From contig JBMNOE010000012.1 in NCBI GenBank assembly GCA_050942895.1, positions 1,064 through 65,063 on the forward strand: a DNA stretch of 64,000 bases. Reading direction: 5' to 3'. Origin of the DNA: Christensenellales bacterium (GTDB lineage Bacteria > Bacillota > Clostridia > Christensenellales > UBA1750). Below, piece after piece: positions 28,548 through 35,891 of the stretch. The notes below the pieces were generated by a model that saw nothing but the letters and a program-made list of their open reading frames with translations, had not been told where the DNA came from and did no database searches. How positions within the stretch are numbered: the stretch's first letter is position 1; the number at the start of each line of letters is the position of its first letter. A program made the position numbers and the translations under genes.

Positions 28548-29101
28548 ATGAAAACAACCTATTTGATATGGAAAGACCCTGCCTGCGGCGGCATCAGCCC
28601 CGAATTGCAGGAAATCACCGACAAGGAGTTTTACGCCCTTGTCAACACGGATGCGGGCAAGAATCGCCATTTTATTGCCTTCACAGCGCCGAGCCGGGTG
28701 GCTCCGAAGGCGAGATCATGATGGAATCCACAGTAGAAGCATACCGCGATTGGAAAAAGGACAAGCGCCATCGTGAGTATCTGCGCGACATCAATCCCGG
28801 CTACACGGAGATTTCCTACCACGCTTTAGAGGGCGACGACGGCATTTTTGGCGAGGAGCTGCTGCGCGATGAGGACCGAGGCCCGGAAGCCGTCTTTTTT
28901 AGCTCCGCCCAGCAGGAACTGTTGCGAATGGCATTGGCGCAGTTAAACGACAACGAGCGGCAGCTGGTTAAGTATCTCTACCTCTCTGAAAAACCCGGAA
29001 CAGACCGCGGCTTCGAAGAAAGAACAGGCATATCGAAGAGCGCCGCGAACCGCTGGCGGCAGTCGGTTTTGGCGAAGTTGAAAAAGTTTTTTGAGGACTG
29101 A
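28548..29101 (+). pseudogene. ICE sigma-70 region-4-like factor, frameshift ~28680-28700
   Basis: MKTTYLIWKDPACGGISPELQEITDKEFYALVNTDAGKNRHFIAF.. stops early. The other frame continues ..GSEGEIMMESTVEAYRDWKKDKRHREYL..NERQLVKYLYLSEKPGTDRGFEERTGISKSAANRWRQSVLAKLKKFF, which is HTH-like. Confidence 0.6.
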
Positions 29102-29185
29102 GTGGGACAAGCCCTGTTTTGGGTGGGCAATGAAGTAGTGAGAGAGTTGGAAGCTTCTTGGGGACCCCCCTACAACCGAATAGGT

Positions 29186-29425
29186 CAATCGTCAAATGCA
29201 GTTAAAGAAACTCCCGCCCAGCCACAGTCCGAGCGTTGAAGCCAGTTTTTCCGCTGGTGAGCCGTCGCAGGCAATGGGGCGGCTCGGCATCAGAATGCGG
29301 AGGGGTGGAGCTCCCGTGGAGTGGCCTGGCAGGCCGCCGTTTGACGATTTCAGATAAGGCCAAAGCGGTCGGGCAAAGAGAATTGAGGTTTCAAATGAGC
29401 CTCCCATCTTCCCAAAGCCCGACCG
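29186..29425 (+). ncRNA. Candidate structured RNA (or structured DNA site) upstream of mazF-like gene
   Basis: A perfect 10-bp long-range helix AATCGTCAAA (29186-29195) / TTTGACGATT (29339-29348) encloses hairpins GAGCCG/CGGCTC (29258-29284) and GGCC-TGGCA-GGCC (29322-29334). A second perfect 10-bp helix is GCGGTCGGGC (29364-29373) / GCCCGACCGC (29416-29425). No convincing ORF is present. Confidence 0.3.
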
Positions 29426-29464
29426 CGAGGCTACATATCCAACAAGAATCAGGAGGTTTATGAT

Positions 29465-29817
29465 ATGCCATTTGAAGTTTTACGCGGCGAAATGTATTTT
29501 GCCGATTTATCTCCGGCAATCGGCACCGAGCAGGCGGGGTGCAGACCGGTATTGGTGCTGCAAAACAATCGCGGCAACCGATACATCCCCACGGTGGTAG
29601 TCGCTGCGATTACCGAAAAGCCAAAAAGCGGCTCCCTACACGCTATATGCTCCCGGCATTTTGCGGGCTGACCATCCCGCCCGTGGTGCTGCTTGAGCAG
29701 CTGCGCACCATTGACAAGAGCCGTCTACAAGCCTACATCGGGACACTGGATGAGATTACGATGATGAGAATTAGCTGCGCTCTTGTGGCCGGTGTGGGGA
29801 TTGTCCATGAAGAATAA
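29465..29817 (+). pseudogene. MazF/PemK-family toxin, frameshift ~29615-29630
   Basis: [52 protein letters not shown] shifts frame to ..[44 protein letters not shown]... No recognisable antitoxin gene lies upstream. Confidence 0.8.
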
Positions 29818-30004
29818 CAACAAGAAAAAGAACAGCGACATCATGCTGCTAACCCTTTGCGCCCGCTGTGCAACGCAGTTTTATAACTCCGGCGAACACA
29901 TCATTCGCCGGGTGAGCCCGAATCAGAAGTACAAAAAAATTTGTTCTTACTGCGGTCAACGCCAAGGCCGGGATTACACGGTACAAAGGAGGGCAACAAA
30001 GTGA
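29807..30004 (+). CDS. Small Cys4 zinc-ribbon-like protein
   Basis: MKNNNKKKNSDIMLLTLCARCATQFYNSG..ICSYCGQRQGRDY contains two CxxC pairs. Confidence 0.5.
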   Translation: MKNNNKKKNSDIMLLTLCARCATQFYNSGEHIIRRVSPNQKYKKICSYCGQRQGRDYTVQRRATK

Positions 30005-30399
30005 GCATACCCAAAGAAACCCGATATGAGATTTACGAAAACATGAAGCCCTCGTTGCGGGAAAGGCAGAGAAGCGTGCTTGCCATTTTATGGCAGCGCG
30101 GCGATATGACCGAGCAGGAAGTCGCCGATACACTCTGCTTTCTGCGTGTTACGCCGACCAACGAGCGAAATTTTGCCACTCCGAGCCTGACCGAGCTTAG
30201 CGACAAGGGCTTGGTTATGGCTGTGGGCAAAAAGATCTGCAAAAATACCGGCAGAACCGTGACGGTCTGGTCGGCGGTGGATACGGGGAAGAAAAATGCT
30301 TCTAAACAAGAGCAAATCGACTTGTCTATGCGCACTTGGCTGGACAGCTTGGAGCGTGGCGGAAATGCAAGGCATACCGCCGCTTTTTATGAATTTTAA
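30001..30399 (+). CDS. Winged-helix DNA-binding protein (MarR/LexA-like wHTH)
   Basis: GTG 30001, then ..RERQRSVLAILWQRGDMTEQEVADTL..LTELSDKGLVMAVGKKICKNTGRTVTVWS. Confidence 0.45.
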   Translation: MSIPKETRYEIYENMKPSLRERQRSVLAILWQRGDMTEQEVADTLCFLRVTPTNERNFATPSLTELSDKGLVMAVGKKICKNTGRTVTVWSAVDTGKKNASKQEQIDLSMRTWLDSLERGGNARHTAAFYEF

Positions 30400-30418
30400 A
30401 ATGAGGGAGGATGAGCGT

Positions 30419-30601
30419 ATGGAGCAAAAATTGGCTGTAAAAATTTGTCCGACGGCGTATCGCGAGGTCAAGGTCGGCAAAACCACCTACCGCGTCACCA
30501 GCGTGTTCAAGGGCGAAAAGGACTTGGCGAAATCCCTTGAACAACTTGCCATCCGCAAAGCGATGACCGACATCAAGGCGGGAACTGTCGCGACGGCGTA
30601 A
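30419..30601 (+). CDS. TnpW-like small transposon protein
   Basis: MEQKLAVKICPTAYREVKVGKTTYRVTSVFKGEKDLAKSLEQLAIRKAM... Its size, pattern and position just upstream of the recombinase fit TnpW-type proteins. Assigned from memory. Confidence 0.4.
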   Translation: MEQKLAVKICPTAYREVKVGKTTYRVTSVFKGEKDLAKSLEQLAIRKAMTDIKAGTVATA

Positions 30602-30716
30602 GCGCTGTGCGAACCTGAAATTCGCACCTTTGCGGTAGTGAGATGGAATCAATACACTTTTATAAACCGGCCGTTTTGGTCAGTTACATATATAAGCTTG
30701 AAACGGAGGATGAAAA

Positions 30717-32065
30717 ATGGGACTGGAGAAAAACCGGGATGCCGGGATTTATTGTCAGCTCTCCAATGATGACGAACGGATGGGCGAATCCGTCAGCATC
30801 GAAAACCAAAAGCTGTTCGTGCAGAAATATCTGAAGGAGCAGGGCTGGAACGAGGTCGAGATGTATTGTGACGACGGCTACTACGGCGTGAATTTTGAGC
30901 GCCCCGCCGTCAAGCGCATGATTGAGGACGCCAAAGCGGGGTGCATCAACATCATTGTTGTCAAAGACCTCAGCCGTTTCGGGCGCAATTGCATCGAAAT
31001 CGGTAGTACACCGATTATTTGTTTCCCACCATTGGGTGCCGTTTTATCGCCATCAACAACAGCGTGGACACCAGCGTGCAGATCGCCAACAACGATATGA
31101 TGGGGTTTTGAACTTGTTTAACGAATTTCATAGCCGCGATACCAGCAAAAAGGTTCGCACAGTAAAAAAGGCGTATGCTGAACAGGGCAAATTTCTGGCT
31201 TGCATCCCGCCGCTTGGCTATATGCGCAGCAAGGACGACCACAATGCCCTTGAAATTGACGAGAGCACCGCCCCGGTTGCCCGGCGGATATTTGAAATGC
31301 GGGCAAACGGCATGGGGTTCCGCACCATTGCCATTGCCCTGAATGAAGATAAGATACCGCCGCCCAGGGATATCCATTACGCCAAGCTGGGAAAGCCGAA
31401 TCCCAACCGCTGCACACATTTTGGAGCGACAACACCGTCAAGCAGATTATCCGCAATGAAGTCTATATCGGCAATATGATCGGCGGAAAATCCGGCACCA
31501 TTTCCTAGAAAAACAAGAAGCTGCGTCAAAAGCCCAAGGAGGAATGGCTGCGGGTTGAGGGAATCATACGATTGGGGAGCGGCCACTGAAAAAGGTTGTG
31601 CTTAGCGAGTTACAAGCCTATGCGCAGTCCATCGCGCTTGATGAAACGGTGCTGTTTGAAAAGCTGAAAAAGCAAATGGCGGTCGATAACACCGACGACC
31701 AACTCTTCTTGCAAAAGGAAGTGCGGCGGCTTCGGGCGCTGCTGGACGAATCCGATCGGTTGACGGCTATTTTATATGAAGATAAGGTCAGCGGAAAAAT
31801 ATCACCGGGGTCATTCACGAAGCTGATTGGAAAAAATGAGCGGGAGCGACAAAAACGCCAGTCGCAGTTCGATGATTCGAATCAGCGGCTGACGGCTATT
31901 CAGGACAAAATCCTGCATATATCCCAGTGGGTGGAGGTCATCAAGAAGCATACGGCGCTTACGGACATTGCCCGCCTCGATGTGAAGGAGCTGATTGACC
32001 GCATTGAGGTCGGCAAAAGCGATTATTTCAGCGGGAAGCGCGTTCAGGAAATCCGCATATTTTAG
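30717..32065 (+). pseudogene. Large serine recombinase (TnpX/TndX-like), >=3 frame changes, in-frame TAG, internal deletion
   Basis: The resolvase domain is AGIYCQLSNDDE..IENQK..IIVVKDLSRFGRN. It then shifts through ..YTDYLFPTIGCRFIAINNSVDTSVQ.. to LNLFNEFHSRDTSKKVRTVKKAYAEQGKF..RRIFEMRANGMGFRTIAIALNE. TAG 31506-31508 interrupts GTIS*KNKK. The zinc-ribbon segment is missing before the coiled-coil tail VLSELQAYAQSIALDE..IDRIEVGK... Confidence 0.85.
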
Positions 32066-32094
32066 CGCTTTGTGGGGCAAATAGCCAATTAAGC

Positions 32095-32351
32095 GGAGAC
32101 AGCAGTAAATGTACGCAAAAAGATATTCGCCTCCGCATAAATCCCCGCCAGCACCCAGTCCGGGTGACCGTTTATGTAGGCGGTGTAATGCTAAATCTGC
32201 GTGTCATAACTGCAGCCTGCTCCTCGCTGTCCATGGAAATTCGGCAATATACGGCAACACTGAGTTTTGGTTTTTCTTTATTCTCACTCTTTCGGTTATA
32301 CTTCTTGCCGGAATCACGGTTACATTATTACTGATTGCCATTCTCATTCAC
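32095..32351 (-). pseudogene. N-terminal fragment of a second large serine recombinase (convergent with the first)
   Basis: GGAGGTG RBS and ATG 32351 give MAISNNVTVIPARSITERVRIKK... After frame changes the reading is ..STDSEEQAA.. / [25 protein letters not shown], with the TAG at 32191-32193. The remainder of the gene is absent. Confidence 0.65.
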
Positions 32352-32469
32352 CTCCGATTCTATTAGCGATTACATTGAAAAGCTATGCATCGGAATATGC
32401 AATTACGCAATTAATTAGTACAAAAATATGTAATTTGAAAAGGAGTGAAAAATTGGGAATAAGCGAAAG

Positions 32470-32804
32470 CTTCGAGCTGTCCAACATGCCGGTCTCGAAG
32501 CGCCGCTGAATGGTAAGCAAAAGCTTGCTGCCCATCAGTTTATAGACAATCTTGCCATCATCATTCGTCCAATAATGACCCTTGATCAGGCCAACTAAAT
32601 CCCGGGCCGCTTATCCCGCCGATTGGCGCGGCTAAAAGAAAGATCGGGAAGTATCTTCATCGGGTACTGTTTCTGCTTGCCCGGCAACAGCGACTCGGAC
32701 GGCACATGGCCATAGACATTGCCGTAGGCGCCATAAACATAACCAATGCCCAGGCGAGTGAGGTCATGACCGATGAGTAATAAATTTGTTTTTCTTTTTG
32801 GCAC
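32470..32804 (-). pseudogene. NlpC/P60-like (phage-type) cell-wall hydrolase remnant, frameshifted
   Basis: GTG 32804 gives PKRKTNLLLIGHDLTRLGIGYVYGAYGNVYG..KQKQYP... Other frames read ..GPGF / DLVGLIKGHYWTNDDGKIVYKLMGSK, where DLVGLI sits at the position of the DCSGLI motif. Weak, memory-based call. Confidence 0.3.
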
Positions 32805-32898
32805 GGTGCTTTCCTCCGGTAATTTAAGTTTTGTTTGATTATTACTGTATAGAGTTGTATAATTAATTTATGTAATAAAAACGGAAAGGAAAGATAAT

Positions 32899-33268
32899 AT
32901 AGGTAAATTTATAGTTAAAAAGACAAATACGGGGTTAAGTTTGATCTGTATGCAGGTAACGGCGAAGTCATTGCTTCATCAGAAGTTTATTCCACAGAAG
33001 GTTCTTGTCTGAATGGTGCTGAAAGTGTTTACAAAAACGCATCCATTGCTAACTTCGAGGATCAAACTGCTGACCCTATTGAAACAGTTGTCAACCCAAA
33101 ATTCGAAATATGCACTGATAAGGCGGGGGAATTTCGTTTTAGGCTAAAAGCTGTAAACGGTGAGATAATCGCTGTAGCTGAAGAGTATAAAGCCAAGCCG
33201 GCTGCCTAAAGGATATTGAGAGCGTCAAGGAAAATGCTGTAGATGCAAAGGTTGAAAAGATCTATTAA
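32899..33268 (+). pseudogene. YegP/DUF1508-family protein, ATA in place of ATG and two frame changes
   Basis: (ATA)GKFIVKKTNTG shifts to FKFDLYAGNGEVIASSEVYSTEGSCLNGAESVYKNASIANFEDQT..KFEICTDKAGEFRFRLKAVNGEIIAVAEEYKAKPAA*. It then shifts again to ..CLKDIESVKENAVDAKVEKIY. The duplicated YegP repeat architecture is visible. Confidence 0.6.
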
Positions 33269-33279
33269 GGGGGAGAAAA

Positions 33280-33498
33280 ATGAACATTAAAGGAAAAATT
33301 GAAGAGATTATCGAAAAGGTAAAAAACGACCGGGGATTTGCCGCGAAGTTCGCAAGCAATCCTGTTCAGGCAGTAGAATCAATTATCGGCGTTGATCTGC
33401 CTGATGATCAAATCAATGCTGTTGTCGACAGTGTCAAGGCAAAGATATCTCTGGATAAAGCCGGCGATGCGCTGGGGGCATTCAAGAAACTTTTCTAA
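33280..33498 (+). CDS. Small hypothetical protein (72 aa)
   Basis: GGGGGAG RBS. The ORF MNIKGKIEEIIEKVKNDRGFAAKFASNPVQAVESIIG.. is intact and followed by a strong terminator. Confidence 0.6.
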   Translation: MNIKGKIEEIIEKVKNDRGFAAKFASNPVQAVESIIGVDLPDDQINAVVDSVKAKISLDKAGDALGAFKKLF

Positions 33499-33517
33499 TG
33501 ATCGGTTGTCATTGATT

Positions 33518-33664
33518 TCATTCAGGTGGCTGGGGAGATGGCTCTCCAGCCACTTTTATGTCCTGCCGGTCATTAGCGATCATCCGCGCAACTTCACCAT
33601 TGGACTTACTTATCAGATGATTTAGCATTTGCTCCAGAATGTTTTTGCCGGTTGTAAAGCGCAT
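33518..33664 (-). CDS. Possible 48-aa ORF
   Basis: A strong GGAGGGA RBS precedes ATG 33664 by about 2 nt (tight spacing). The sequence is MRFTTGKNILEQMLNHLISKSNGEVARMIANDRQDIK... The 3' end reads through the terminator hairpin. No family recognised. Confidence 0.3.
   Translation of the reverse strand: MRFTTGKNILEQMLNHLISKSNGEVARMIANDRQDIKVAGEPSPQPPE
33526..33557 (+). terminator. Rho-independent terminator
   Basis: GTGGCTGGGGAG pairs with CTCTCCAGCCAC (one mismatch) over a 4-nt loop, then TTTTAT. Confidence 0.7.
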
Positions 33665-34252
33665 AGTCCCTCCTTAGATTTCTTTGGGCCCGGCAAAACC
33701 CGGTATGTCTGCCGCTATCCCTTTATAAATGTCTGCTCTTGCGTATACCTGCCCATCTCTTGCCGAGAGATAAACCCCCTTAAAACGATGCGTGGAAATG
33801 GTTATTTGCGATTGGTTTGAGATGTTTAAATGATTATAGCTTTATACGCCGCGCACTATTTTATATATAAAAACAAGTCACCATACGTTTTAATTTTGCA
33901 GAGTGCCTTGCTCGTTATCAGCCGTGCGCTTTTTGAGTTCATCACAATCCAAGTCTTCAAAATGGAGATTTCCCTTGAATTTGCGAACCGCAACCGGACA
34001 TCTGGGATTACTGCAAAACAGAAAATTTGTCTTGCGACGCGCCGTCTTGCATTATGCTGCGCCGACAAGGCAGTTGTCCAGAAAAAGCTCTTGAATTTGC
34101 AGCTTTGGCGTCACTTGCTTGCGCAGCTATGAAAAACAAACGAAGCATAGGGGTAAGCCGCGAACTTTAACTGTTAGATAAGCATTGTATTCGGCGGGCG
34201 CTTATGCTACACTACCATTAAGCAATACAATCTATTAAGGGGAGCATCACCT

Positions 34253-34576
34253 ATGCAGCGATATGGATCTGTCATTGGGGTTCGTCCGGAAATGCTCGAG
34301 CAATACAAACAGCTGCATGCGCGCGCTTGGCCGGCTGTGCTTGCCATGATCAAACAATGCAATATACAAAACTACTCGATCTACTATCGGGATGGGCTTT
34401 TGTTTAGCTATTATGAGTATACCGGCATCGACTATGATGCGGATATGGCAAATATGGCCGCCGATCCGGTCACGCAAAGCTGGTGGGCGCTGTGCAATCC
34501 CTGCCAAAAACCGGTAGATTCCGCCCTGCCCGGCCAATGGTGGGCGCCGCTGGAAGAAGTCTTTCACCTGGATTAA
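34253..34576 (+). CDS. rhaM: L-rhamnose mutarotase
   Basis: MQRYGSVIGVRPEMLEQYKQLHARAWPAVLAMIKQCNIQNYSIYYRDGLLFSYYEY.G.DYDADMANMAADPVTQSWW is characteristic of the RhaM family. Confidence 0.85.
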   Translation: MQRYGSVIGVRPEMLEQYKQLHARAWPAVLAMIKQCNIQNYSIYYRDGLLFSYYEYTGIDYDADMANMAADPVTQSWWALCNPCQKPVDSALPGQWWAPLEEVFHLD

Positions 34577-34592
34577 GAAGGAAGGTCACGCC

Positions 34593-35828
34593 ATGACATC
34601 GAGGGAGCGCATTGCGGCCGCAGTCAATCACAGGGAACCGGACAGGGTGCCCCTGGATCTGGGTGCCACGCCGAGTTCAGGCATATCGGCCATTGCCTAC
34701 AGCCGCTTAAAAGACCATCTGGGCATCACGGATGGCCATACGCGCATCTACGATGTGGTGCAGCAGTTGGCCCAAGTTGAGGATCCCATCATCGAACGGT
34801 TCGGCGTTGATGTGCTGGATGTCGGGCGCGCGTTTAACTCAAATGACGACGACTGGTATGATGTGATAACGGGCTGGGGCTCGGCGCAGTATCCCTCCTG
34901 GTTCCGCCCGGTCAAAAACCCGGACGGCAGCTATGCTGTGGTCGATGAAGACGGCGACACGCTTGCCCGCATGCCGTCAAGCGGCACATTTTTTGATCAG
35001 ACATACTTTCCGTATCAAGACGGCTATCCGTCCCATTACCATGACCTTGATCGGGCGATGAACAAGGTGCTTTGGCAAAAGCTTGCCCACAGCCCATGGG
35101 ACAATGCCCACTCGCCGGATTTTTATCAAAAGCTTCGGGAAAAGGCGCTGCAATTACGAAAAACCACGGACAAGGCGCTGATGATCGTATGCGGGTGCAA
35201 CCTTTTTGAATGGGGAACCTTTTTGCGCCGTATGGATAATTTCTTGGTCGATCTTCTTTTGGAGCCGGACGAGGTGGAAAAGCTTCTCGATGCATTGATG
35301 GAGCGCCATCTTGCGGGGCTCAAAAAGGTCTGCGATGCGGTCGGCGATGTGGTGGATATCCTGCGCTTCGGCGACGATCTCGGTACCGACAGCGGCCCGT
35401 TCATGGCGCCGGAAATCTACCGCAAGCTCTTTAAGCCACGCCATAGGCAGCTGTGCGCTTATGTTCATCAGCACAGCCGCATGAAGACCTTTTTGCATTC
35501 CTGCGGTTCCCTTCGCGCACTCTTGCCAGACTTGATAGAGGCCGGGTATGATATCATCAACCCCGTGCAGACCACGGCGCAAGGCATGGACCCGGCTCAG
35601 CTAAAGCGCGAGTTCGGGCGGGACATCACCTTTTGGGGCGGCGGCTGCAACACCCGGTGGATCCTAAACCGGGCCACGCCCGAAGCGGTATACGACTATA
35701 CCAGCAGAATGCTTGATATATTCATGCCGGGCGGGGGCTATGTGTTTAACACCGAGCACAACATCATGCCTGATGTCCCGCCTGAAAACATACTTGCCAT
35801 GTACAGGGCAGTTGAGGAAAAGGGATGA
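34593..35828 (+). CDS. Uroporphyrinogen decarboxylase (URO-D) family protein, MtaA/CmuA-like, non-haem context
   Basis: ..RERIAAAVNHREPDRVPLDLG..FGDDLGTDSGPFMAPEIYRKLFKPRHRQL..HSCGSLRALLPDLIEAGYDIINPVQ.. Confidence 0.75.
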   Translation: MTSRERIAAAVNHREPDRVPLDLGATPSSGISAIAYSRLKDHLGITDGHTRIYDVVQQLAQVEDPIIERFGVDVLDVGRAFNSNDDDWYDVITGWGSAQYPSWFRPVKNPDGSYAVVDEDGDTLARMPSSGTFFDQTYFPYQDGYPSHYHDLDRAMNKVLWQKLAHSPWDNAHSPDFYQKLREKALQLRKTTDKALMIVCGCNLFEWGTFLRRMDNFLVDLLLEPDEVEKLLDALMERHLAGLKKVCDAVGDVVDILRFGDDLGTDSGPFMAPEIYRKLFKPRHRQLCAYVHQHSRMKTFLHSCGSLRALLPDLIEAGYDIINPVQTTAQGMDPAQLKREFGRDITFWGGGCNTRWILNRATPEAVYDYTSRMLDIFMPGGGYVFNTEHNIMPDVPPENILAMYRAVEEKG

Positions 35829-35891
35829 TTTAATCACAAAACACGCAAACACGGTTCTTATCTTTTAAATTCAACACAGGAGGCTGCAGAC

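Larger units (their letters stand above)
1..32095. mobile_element. Decayed integrative conjugative element (T4SS plus large serine recombinase type) with opposite-strand cargo
   Basis: Collinear + strand remnants of VirD4/TraG, pilin-like, VirB6-like, VirB4, sortase B, CHAP hydrolase, sigma-like factor, MazF, TnpW-like and a terminal large serine recombinase. The left end lies outside the window. The right end is placed just after the recombinase stop (32065), where an oppositely oriented recombinase fragment begins. Confidence 0.7.

Noticed and set aside
29236-29463. 75-aa ORF ending 1 nt before mazF as a candidate antitoxin
   Set aside because: It has a TTG start without an RBS. Its R/G/S/W-rich composition is typical of GC-rich non-coding sequence, and it has no AbrB/RHH/MazE-like pattern. 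It coincides with the helices described in the findings. It remains an alternative explanation only.
33830-34132. 100-aa + strand ORF in the AT-rich spacer upstream of rhaM
   Set aside because: It has no RBS, odd composition, and overlaps an equally unconvincing - strand ORF. The region is more likely regulatory or spacer sequence.
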